From an uncultured Candidatus Saccharibacteria bacterium (GTDB lineage: Bacteria; Patescibacteriota; Minisyncoccia; 2-02-FULL-40-12; GWA2-44-9), in the NCBI GenBank assembly GCA_964553025.1, contig CAZKJF010000007.1, forward strand, positions 1 to 62,663: a stretch of 62,663 bases of DNA. Direction: 5' to 3'. Made by a program: the position numbers and the translations under genes. Positions within the stretch are counted from its first letter, which is position 1; every line of letters begins with the position of its first letter. This document shows, piece after piece, positions 27,153-34,193 of this stretch. Under the pieces are notes generated by a model, which saw nothing but the letters and a program-made list of their open reading frames with translations, was not told the DNA's origin and did no database searches.

Positions 27153-27974
27153 CTACTTTGGGCCACATAGCTTTTGGGTCCGTTCCGATTCCCGACTCCA
27201 GCCATACTCGTTGTAGAGTCGACTGAAGCACTCATCGGCATCCTCTCCCAGCCGGCGGCCCTCGATTGGCGCTGGCGCCGCTGACAGAGGAGTCTGTGAC
27301 TGTGGCGCCGGATTATCGGGAACATAGCTGAAATTCCCGCCAACCCGGTCACCAACCTGCGGCGCCCGGAAACCCTTGGGAACGGTTTCACGGTACAACC
27401 GCTGGCCTTCGCTTAGGAACCGCGGCGACGCCTCCACAAATCCAGAGAGGAGCACAAGGATCGCCAGTCCTGCAACCACCCAGCGGCCCCAGCGCGGCGC
27501 TTTGGACCAGATACCGGTCCAGAACACCACAATGAGGAGGCCGATCCCAATGAGAATTCGGCTTTCCGCGGAGAGCAGCCAGAACTGGCGCCAGAGCTCC
27601 AGATAGAGTGCCCCAATGATCACCAGCGCCGTAAGGATACGGAACCAGTAAACTTCAAGGAACCTCTGGAACCTTGACCAATGGTTGGTCATCGCCCAGC
27701 CGGCGGCCACCACGGCTCCAACCAGCAATGCTTCTTCGGTCCAGGCGCGAGCCAAGATGAAGATGATGACCACGCCAGTCAGTACCGCTGCCGCAAACCA
27801 AGCATGGCGGCCGCGGCCAGCACTCCAGGTACGGAGTACCAGGTGGTTGTGAGGCCAGGTCTTCACCATAGCAATGATGAAGATAATGACCGCCACCGCC
27901 AAGGTGAAGGTCCATTTGTATTCCATACGCATTCTCCAATCTCTGTAAGGAGAGCGCCCTATGCGCACTCCCAT
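27153..27974 (-). CDS. polytopic membrane protein (hypothetical, GC-rich)
   Basis: 273 aa with about 6 TM helices and a Pro-rich C-terminal tail. Contiguous with the upstream gene (stop and start are adjacent). Confidence 0.65.
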   Translation of the reverse strand: MGVRIGRSPYRDWRMRMEYKWTFTLAVAVIIFIIAMVKTWPHNHLVLRTWSAGRGRHAWFAAAVLTGVVIIFILARAWTEEALLVGAVVAAGWAMTNHWSRFQRFLEVYWFRILTALVIIGALYLELWRQFWLLSAESRILIGIGLLIVVFWTGIWSKAPRWGRWVVAGLAILVLLSGFVEASPRFLSEGQRLYRETVPKGFRAPQVGDRVGGNFSYVPDNPAPQSQTPLSAAPAPIEGRRLGEDADECFSRLYNEYGWSRESERTQKLCGPK

Positions 27975-28823
27975 CTACTGGGTGCAGGAATTCCGCAGAT
28001 GCACAATTCCTGCTTTGTCGCGCTCCACGCACAGATCAGTGTACTCCATCATCAGTACACCGTCGATCTTGGCATTGGAGCCAGTGTTCTGCTTGCGGAA
28101 CCGGTATTCTGTTTCCGCCCATGGCACACATGCCGTCCGACCGGAACCAATGGTCAGGTCGCTTCCGTCCATGGCGATCATGGCTTCCGTATCATTCCGG
28201 ACACGAACCGAACCCGGCGTGCAGACGGAAGACTGCGGCATGGAGTACGAAACTTCTGATCCGGCTTCAGCAGCAACAGATCCTACCGAAGCCAATGCCG
28301 CACGTTGTGCGGCGGCTTCTTCAGCGAGAAGCTGAAGCTGCCGAGTGGCGGCTGTTTGAGCCACCATCATGTCAACATCCGGACGCGAGATGTTCATCGC
28401 CGTTGGAACCATGCGTTCCGTATTCTGGCGACGATGGCCGGCAATAGAATCCGCAATGATGCCCGCAACGGCGCCGATCGCGGCTCCCTTCAAGGTTCCG
28501 GAGACCCGACCATTACTGGCCATCGCTCCGATGACGGCACCGGCACCGGCCCCAAGGGCCGTACCGCCGCCGATTCTGATCCGAAGGGGACTGCCGAGGC
28601 GACGGCCGCTCAAAAGGGCCATAGCCATGAATGTCCCATCCTGAAGATAGTATCCGCGATATCCGCCGTAGACGGCGGAATACATCGCAAATTCCGCGGG
28701 GGAGATCTGCGACCGCGCTGCCAGGATTCGAGCCTGGTTGATCGCGATCGAGACGTTATCCTGGGCAGCCGCCGGAACGGCGGCTGCCAGAAACAAACAG
28801 AGAACTGCGAGTACAGGTTTCAT
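27975..28823 (-). CDS. secreted glycine-zipper protein (hypothetical, GC-rich)
   Basis: 282 aa: signal peptide MKPVLAVLCLFLAAAVPAAAQ, a glycine-zipper segment GGGTALGAGAGAVIGAM...GAAIGAVAGII, and a Cys-containing C-domain. Confidence 0.7.
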   Translation of the reverse strand: MKPVLAVLCLFLAAAVPAAAQDNVSIAINQARILAARSQISPAEFAMYSAVYGGYRGYYLQDGTFMAMALLSGRRLGSPLRIRIGGGTALGAGAGAVIGAMASNGRVSGTLKGAAIGAVAGIIADSIAGHRRQNTERMVPTAMNISRPDVDMMVAQTAATRQLQLLAEEAAAQRAALASVGSVAAEAGSEVSYSMPQSSVCTPGSVRVRNDTEAMIAMDGSDLTIGSGRTACVPWAETEYRFRKQNTGSNAKIDGVLMMEYTDLCVERDKAGIVHLRNSCTQ

Positions 28824-28876
28824 GCATCACCTCGTGAAAGCTCGCGCTCGCGCGTCGAGCGGGAAAAATGTCCAAG

Positions 28877-29108
28877 GGTGTCACCGGTGACATGTCACCA
28901 GTGACACCATCCAATTGTGAACGTGCTGTCACCTTGCTATGGCTACATTATATCAAATTTATACTGTTTTGTAAAGTGGTATAATATAGCCTAAAAACAC
29001 CGTTTTCAGGGGTGACGGGGTAACACACTGTAGTGTCATGGTGTCACCTGTCACCTCTGGCACTGGTGACACCTATTTTGACACCAGTGTCACCTATTCA
29101 GTGTCACC
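28877..29108. repeat. array of GTSAC cores (GGTGACA/TGTCACC heptamers), left array
   Basis: 11 exact GTGAC/GTCAC sites starting at 28880, 28887, 28894, 28901, 28928, 29012, 29043, 29050, 29066, 29089 and 29103. Includes a 32-bp near-palindrome at 28877-28908 and an AT-rich core at 28940-29000. Confidence 0.9.
28947..28975 (-). promoter_or_regulatory. candidate promoter TTTACA-17-TGaTATAAT for the glycine-zipper operon
   Basis: On the minus strand the -10 is the complement of 28947-52 with an extended TG, and the -35 is the complement of 28970-75. The 32-bp palindrome lies in the predicted 5' UTR. A plus-strand TGgTATAAT (28977-28985) sits back to back with it. Confidence 0.5.
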
Positions 29109-29110
29109 CC

Positions 29111-29482
29111 TTACTCAATATTTTTATAGTGTCGAATCTTTGCTACTTTATGCTTAAGATCAAGGGTAACCGCGACTACATCCATTTGCCACAGAGTTTC
29201 TTCTCCTAGACGATATTCGATCAGAAAAGTCCGGGCGATTCGTTCCATCCGAACCTGCTTGGCATGATTAACGCGAAGCTCCGGTTCAAATCCTGCCATC
29301 TCTCGGCTATTGGTTTTTACTTCAACCAGAACAACAACCCCTTCTTTTGACGCAATAATATCTGCCTCGCCCCACGGTTTTCGGTAGTTTTGAGCCAATA
29401 TACGATATCCCTTTTGGCTTAAATAGCGAGCCGCGTATCTCTCTCCCACCGCCCCGATAAAGATATGTCTATTTTGCGTCAT
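29111..29482 (-). CDS. yraN: YraN-family (UPF0102) endonuclease-like protein
   Basis: 123 aa. GERYAARYLSQKGYRILAQNYR...GEADIIA...VLVEVK is typical of the family. Confidence 0.85.
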   Translation of the reverse strand: MTQNRHIFIGAVGERYAARYLSQKGYRILAQNYRKPWGEADIIASKEGVVVLVEVKTNSREMAGFEPELRVNHAKQVRMERIARTFLIEYRLGEETLWQMDVVAVTLDLKHKVAKIRHYKNIE

Positions 29483-29524
29483 TCCCCCTTACTCTACCAC
29501 CAGAAAATCTATCCACAAACCCGA

Positions 29525-29553
29525 TTGACCAAGGGCTAGTTTTGTGATACCCT
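29525..29553 (+). promoter_or_regulatory. candidate promoter TTGACC-17-TGaTACCCT
   Basis: Read directly from the sequence. The same TGATACCCT 9-mer recurs upstream of gatC (54820-54828). Confidence 0.4.
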
Positions 29554-29580
29554 TAGAGCACGTTCTCGTCCAGAGAACTT

Positions 29581-30720
29581 TTGTCTTTGTTAAGGCCAAA
29601 TCCCATTTTTACAGACCTCAAAAAATCGTTGCGTCGCTTGCGCATTTCCGGTTCTACCGGCTATGCTGGCTTTAAAAAAGCAGCCACTCATAAAGGAGTC
29701 CAGTTGTATGCCACTATCGGTCTTGCACTTATCCTGATCGTCTTAAAAAGCCAAACCGGCGACGAATCAGGATTTTTTAATTCGGTTGTCCATCATTACA
29801 TCGAAGAGACATCAGCTGCCATCAATGCTTCGGGCCCCGATGACCAGTTAGCTGATATTAGCGGGTTGGCAGTCCAGCAAGATACTTCCGGCCGCGGATC
29901 GGATATTAACCTCCTCTCTTCTTCAATCCAGGAGAATTCAATCGTAGCTTCCGATCCGAGCTCAACCGATTACCTGACAAGTTTTTTGCCCAACAAAATA
30001 ATCGAATATACCGTACAGCCAGGCGACGCTATTTCATTTATTGCATCCGACTTCGGCGTGAGCGTGAATTCAATTATTTGGGCCAATAATTTAAAGAGTG
30101 CTGATGCAATTAGTCCTGGTCAAGTACTTAAAATCCCTCCAATTTCCGGAGTTATTCATACGGTTGCAAAAGGCGATACGGTTTCCAGTATTGCCAAAAA
30201 ATACAATGCAGATGCGGACAAAATTGTCGCTTTTAATGACATCAATGATAATCAATTAACGATCGGTAATGATATTGTAGTTCCTGCAGGAACTCCGGCC
30301 GGTTCCTCTAAAGTTTCTTCTTCATCAATCGTTGTCTCTACCGCTCAAAATTTTTCTCACCTCCCTGATCTTGGCGATTATTTCCTTATTCCGACAACCG
30401 GCTATGATTGGGGGATTATCCATGATCGAAACGGTGTAGATATAGCCAACTCTTGCGGTACGCCGATTCACGCGGCAGCTGACGGATCAGTCGCAATTGC
30501 ACTCTCTAGCGGCTGGAATGGCGGTTTCGGTGAATACATCAAATTGATCCACGGAAATGGCACTGAAACATTGTACGCTCACTTAAGTAAACTTTTTGTC
30601 AGTGCAGGAGAAACTGTCACCAAAGGTGAGACTATTGCGCTCATGGGCACAACTGGCCATTCAACAGGATGTCATCTCCATTTCGAAGTTCATGGCGCCA
30701 AGAATCCGCTTGCAAAATAG
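29581..30720 (+). CDS. LysM-domain M23 family metallopeptidase
   Basis: Two LysM repeats (YTVQPGDAISFIASDFGV, HTVAKGDTVSSIAKKYN) and a C-terminal M23 domain (HxxxD-type GVDIA..., GHSTGCHLHFEV). An alternative TTG start at 29704 is preceded by AAAGGAG. Confidence 0.9.
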   Translation: MSLLRPNPIFTDLKKSLRRLRISGSTGYAGFKKAATHKGVQLYATIGLALILIVLKSQTGDESGFFNSVVHHYIEETSAAINASGPDDQLADISGLAVQQDTSGRGSDINLLSSSIQENSIVASDPSSTDYLTSFLPNKIIEYTVQPGDAISFIASDFGVSVNSIIWANNLKSADAISPGQVLKIPPISGVIHTVAKGDTVSSIAKKYNADADKIVAFNDINDNQLTIGNDIVVPAGTPAGSSKVSSSSIVVSTAQNFSHLPDLGDYFLIPTTGYDWGIIHDRNGVDIANSCGTPIHAAADGSVAIALSSGWNGGFGEYIKLIHGNGTETLYAHLSKLFVSAGETVTKGETIALMGTTGHSTGCHLHFEVHGAKNPLAK

Positions 30721-32268
30721 TTAAACAGCTCCGGAAGCCACTTTTTCGTTGATTTTTAAACTCATCGCTTCGGCAATATGCTTTTCTCCAACATACTGAG
30801 AAGCGTCAAGATCGGCTATTGTACGGCCGATCTTTTTGATTTTATGGTATGTGCGCAATGATACATTCTTGGCTGAAATAAATTGCCTCAAGAGCGATTC
30901 GGCAGATGGAGTAAGGATACAGAATAAGTCTATGTTTTTGTAGCTAATTTCAGCATTATTTAAAATATCAGTTCCCAAAAAGCGCTTCTCTTGAATGGCT
31001 CGAGCTGCCGCTACCAAGTGTCTTACTTTTTTAAACTCCTCAAGGGGCATAAGATCGTTTGTTTTTTCGAACAGAGAGGTTTCTCGAGGGACGAGAACTT
31101 GGATATCAATACGATCCAAGAGGGGGCCTGATATTTTCTTTCGATAGCGAGTGATGTTAATCGGGGAACAGACGCATTCTTCACTGGAATTTCCCAAATT
31201 ACCGCATGGGCATGGATTCATAGCCCCTATAAGCATAGATTTGGCCGGTAGACGCACGGAACCCGCTGCACGTGAGACTGTGATCATTCCTTCTTCCAGC
31301 GGCTCTCTAAGGCCCTCTAAAACGTTTCTGGAGAATTCGGGTAATTCGTCGAGGAAAAGTACGCCACGATGGGCTAAGCTAATTTCGCCGGGCCGAGGAC
31401 TGCTTCCGCCGCCGACAATAGCGGCGGCGGAAGCAGTATGGTGAGGATTTCGGAAGGGCCGCTGATGGGGAAATACGCCGTTTTTAAGTAATCCAAGCGC
31501 GCTATATATCCGAGCAACTTCGATTGCTTCAGAAAATAACAGGGGAGGCAGTAAATCCATTAAAGACTTAGCCAAAAGCGTTTTTCCTGTTCCCGGCGGC
31601 CCGCTCATCAAGAGATTGTGGCCGCCGGAGGCGGCCACAATCAACGCTCTTTTAGCTGCATATTGACCCTTAATCATGCGAAACGAATCGCCGCCGCCCT
31701 GCTCATCTTCCAAGGAAGGCAGGAGAGTTCGCTCAGCTGGGGTAATAAGCAACTTTCCGGAAAGGTGAGAAATAACAGCAGTAATACTAGATACGCCAAA
31801 TATGGAAACACCTTCAACGACAGCTGCTTCGGCTTGATTGGCTGCAGGGACGAAGATTTCTTTAAAGCCGGCGTTTCGAGCCATTAAAGCGGCTGAAAGA
31901 ACACCATTTACGGCTTTTACTGAACCGTCCAAGGATAATTCTCCCAAAAAGAGTTTGTCCGAAGTCTGGAAAGAGACCTGCCGAGTCTCCAGGAGATACC
32001 CTACAGCAATGGGAAGATCATATGACGGCCCCTCTTTTCGAATATCAGCCGGCGCGAGGTTGATAATAATCTTTTTGTGTTTTGCGCTCGGAGGAGCGAG
32101 GCGGTTGGCCCGGATTGCCGAAGCAATCCGCTCTTTTGACTCTTGAACTGCCTTATCGGGCAACCCCACGATGCTGAAAGCATGCAAACCCGGCGTAGAG
32201 TCAACCTCAACCTCGATTAATTGAGCATCAATCCCGGTTATGGCGGCCGAAAACAATCGTACAGACAT
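30721..32268 (-). CDS. comM: Mg-chelatase-like ATPase ComM/YifB
   Basis: 515 aa: Lon-protease-like N-domain, Walker A GPPGTGKT, and a C-terminal Mg-chelatase subunit ChlI-like region. Confidence 0.95.
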   Translation of the reverse strand: MSVRLFSAAITGIDAQLIEVEVDSTPGLHAFSIVGLPDKAVQESKERIASAIRANRLAPPSAKHKKIIINLAPADIRKEGPSYDLPIAVGYLLETRQVSFQTSDKLFLGELSLDGSVKAVNGVLSAALMARNAGFKEIFVPAANQAEAAVVEGVSIFGVSSITAVISHLSGKLLITPAERTLLPSLEDEQGGGDSFRMIKGQYAAKRALIVAASGGHNLLMSGPPGTGKTLLAKSLMDLLPPLLFSEAIEVARIYSALGLLKNGVFPHQRPFRNPHHTASAAAIVGGGSSPRPGEISLAHRGVLFLDELPEFSRNVLEGLREPLEEGMITVSRAAGSVRLPAKSMLIGAMNPCPCGNLGNSSEECVCSPINITRYRKKISGPLLDRIDIQVLVPRETSLFEKTNDLMPLEEFKKVRHLVAAARAIQEKRFLGTDILNNAEISYKNIDLFCILTPSAESLLRQFISAKNVSLRTYHKIKKIGRTIADLDASQYVGEKHIAEAMSLKINEKVASGAV

Positions 32269-32307
32269 GTCAGGAATACAGCAGTTAAATCAAACAGGAA
32301 TACTGAC

Positions 32308-32337
32308 AGTATATATCAGATTACAAAAAACTGTCAT
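32308..32337 (-). promoter_or_regulatory. candidate proximal comM promoter ATGACA-18-TATACT overlapped by a 7-bp inverted repeat
   Basis: The -10 is the complement of 32308-13 and the -35 is the complement of 32332-37. The inverted repeat TGACAGT (32304-10) / ACTGTCA (32330-36) spans both boxes. Confidence 0.45.
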
Positions 32338-32343
32338 TTTTCA

Positions 32344-32487
32344 GAAAAAAAAGCAGCGCAGGTAGCGCTCTTTCGGTCAAAAATGAAAAGGGTAGAGAAA
32401 AAGCGACATCTGCGCTGTCTATTGTATGGCTGCCGGCGATCCGCAGCTAATTTCGAAACCGCTAGACAGCAATCATTACGAGGTACT
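32344..32487 (-). ncRNA. candidate ~140-nt small RNA or attenuating leader upstream of comM
   Basis: Starts just downstream of the distal promoter (32494-32522). Contains an 8-9 bp helix GCTGTCTA/TAGACAGC enclosing further stems. Ends in hairpin AGCGC-N5-GCGCT plus U8, where the U-run is the complement of the A-run at 32344-32351. Confidence 0.35.
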
Positions 32488-32493
32488 GAATAA

Positions 32494-32522
32494 AGTATAG
32501 AGTGAGAGGTGACAGGTGTCAA
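32494..32522 (-). promoter_or_regulatory. near-consensus promoter TTGACA-17-TATACT
   Basis: The -35 is the complement of 32517-22 and overlaps one GGTGTCA repeat. The -10 is the complement of 32494-99. Confidence 0.55.
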
Positions 32523-32681
32523 TGTAATTTGTGGATAAGGTGTCATTGGTGTCATGTGTCACCAATGACACCTCTGTCACCATAATTTTTTGGCTTTAAT
32601 TCTTAACTATTTTAGGTGACATAGTGACAGGTGACACTGTCACTATGTCATGGTGACAACAGTGCCATGTCACCTTGTCAC
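32509..32681. repeat. array of GTSAC cores (GGTGACA/TGTCACC heptamers), right array
   Basis: 10 exact GTGAC/GTCAC sites starting at 32509, 32558, 32576, 32616, 32624, 32631, 32639, 32653, 32669 and 32677, plus at least 4 GTCAT/GTCAA variants. Perfect inverted repeats of 13 bp (32539-51/32560-72) and 14 bp (32617-30/32637-50). AT-rich core at 32583-32613. Confidence 0.9.
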
Positions 32682-32688
32682 CATCCTA

Positions 32689-32729
32689 TCCACACCACCG
32701 CCCCGGTATAACCGGGGCGGTGGTGTGGA
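32689..32729 (-). terminator. 18-bp perfect GC-rich hairpin downstream of 32754-34100
   Basis: TCCACACCACCGCCCCGG-tataa-CCGGGGCGGTGGTGTGGA. No clear U-tract on either strand. Confidence 0.55.
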
Positions 32730-32753
32730 CGAACAACATATCTTTTTGTTCCT

Positions 32754-34100
32754 CTAAGACCCTACGGTTTGAGAGAAGAGCCGGATGGCATCAATTGCCG
32801 CAAACATTGCTTCCCTTGACCCGGCCATGATCAAGTATGACTTGCCTTGATACGATAAGATTCCATAATCAATCGAGGCATCGGGGAATGCAAAATTCTT
32901 GTAGCGAACCGAGGTGCCCTGATAATCGGTACTCAAGAAAGGATCAACATTTTTACTGGGTGTAATAGCAAAAAGGGAAGCAAGATCATTGGACATCGTT
33001 GGTTCCCAACTCTGCAGGGTTCCATAGGCCGGACTCGTTAATTCAGTAATGAAGACAAGGCGTTTTGCTCCTGTCGATGCTTGTGCTATCTTGCCGGCGC
33101 TGGTAAATGCTTCTTGCTGTCCGTAGACCAGAACAACCGAATCGCTGCCAATCAGATTGTTAATATCAGCCGGATAGTTGACGAGGAATCGGGAAAGAAG
33201 CTGAAAGGGCGTTAATGCAATCGTAGCATTGGCATCCGTAACCGTAATCTGCCCAAATAGCCCTAAAGAAGGAGTCACGCTGGTCTTATACGAGCTTAGG
33301 AATGCCTGAAGCGCATCCCCAGTAGCCGGCAATGCAATCGTGGCGGCCCGAGACGGAAAAATATCGCTTAACCGTACATTTACTGGCGTAGGTGTCGGCG
33401 TAACGGTTGGAGTCGGTGTTTCAACGACAACTTCTTCAGTATCACGAATAAAGAAGTACCAATACCCTCCGCCCAAAACGAGGGCAGCAGCTAAAATACT
33501 TAACAAAACAATAAGTGGACGGCGGGAAGTTCCACCGCCCAGGCCGGCTTCAGGCACTGAAAACTGACTCTTTGCTTCAGGAGCAGCAGGTTGGGGAGCG
33601 GGCGGCGTTTGACCAGGAATACGCGGCAAGAAAGGTGCCGGCGGAGACGACTGGGTGGGTCCTAGTGTGGCTGTAGGACCGGACGAGCGAGCTACTGGAG
33701 CAACCGGAACAGAATGTTGAGGGGTCGGTGTCGGCGTGGCAGGCATCGTAGGGGCCGTGGGGACCCTTCGCGGAGTAGTTATTCCCTGAAGCGGCTGTCC
33801 CGCTTTTAGCTTGCTAACATCATCATTCATGGTACGAATGTTCGATTGATATTCCCGAGGCTGAACTTGGGGTGCCGGAGAACCGGGAATAGTCGGCGCC
33901 GGTGAAGGAGCTGGTTTGGGAGCGGCAGGCGCGGGCCGAGAAACTGGCGCGGGTGATGGGGTATTGGGAGCCGTAGGAACAGACTGAGAAGGAGCGCTAG
34001 AAGTCGTTCCTCCGCCTTGCGGACGGCTCAATTCTTTAACCAATTCATCAATATTTACTTGCGGATTTGTCGGTGGATTCTGGCCCGGAACATCTGCCAT
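32754..34100 (-). CDS. proline-rich membrane-anchored protein (hypothetical)
   Basis: 448 aa: a roughly 190-aa Pro/Ala/Thr-rich low-complexity N-region, one TM helix (LIVLLSILAAALVLGGGYWYFFI), then a globular C-domain. Confidence 0.75.
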   Translation of the reverse strand: MADVPGQNPPTNPQVNIDELVKELSRPQGGGTTSSAPSQSVPTAPNTPSPAPVSRPAPAAPKPAPSPAPTIPGSPAPQVQPREYQSNIRTMNDDVSKLKAGQPLQGITTPRRVPTAPTMPATPTPTPQHSVPVAPVARSSGPTATLGPTQSSPPAPFLPRIPGQTPPAPQPAAPEAKSQFSVPEAGLGGGTSRRPLIVLLSILAAALVLGGGYWYFFIRDTEEVVVETPTPTVTPTPTPVNVRLSDIFPSRAATIALPATGDALQAFLSSYKTSVTPSLGLFGQITVTDANATIALTPFQLLSRFLVNYPADINNLIGSDSVVLVYGQQEAFTSAGKIAQASTGAKRLVFITELTSPAYGTLQSWEPTMSNDLASLFAITPSKNVDPFLSTDYQGTSVRYKNFAFPDASIDYGILSYQGKSYLIMAGSREAMFAAIDAIRLFSQTVGS

Positions 34101-34193
34101 AGTGAGGGAGATCTGGAATCGCGAAAGGCAATTCTAAATCTTTTAAATAATTGCCTTTATTGTAGCATAGCCGAAAATAATTTTGTACAGATA

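Noticed and set aside
28877-29108. GTSAC arrays as a CRISPR array
   Set aside because: The repeat unit is only 5-9 bp, occurs in both orientations without unique spacers of regular length, and no cas genes are present.
32221-32555. 90-aa (+) and 73-aa (-) ORFs in the comM upstream region
   Set aside because: They have no coding periodicity and no RBS. They span promoter, terminator-like and repeat sequences, which are better explained as a non-coding regulatory region.
15525-32694. Replication origin suggested by DnaA-box matches: perfect TTATCCACA at 15525-33 and 32530-38 (minus strand), and CTATCCACA at 29509-17 and 32686-94
   Set aside because: Four scattered matches (two of them with one mismatch) in 62 kb is close to chance expectation. 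There is no dnaA or dnaN nearby and no clustered boxes next to an obvious unwinding element. One box is simply part of an operator-like palindrome. This remains worth a GC-skew check.
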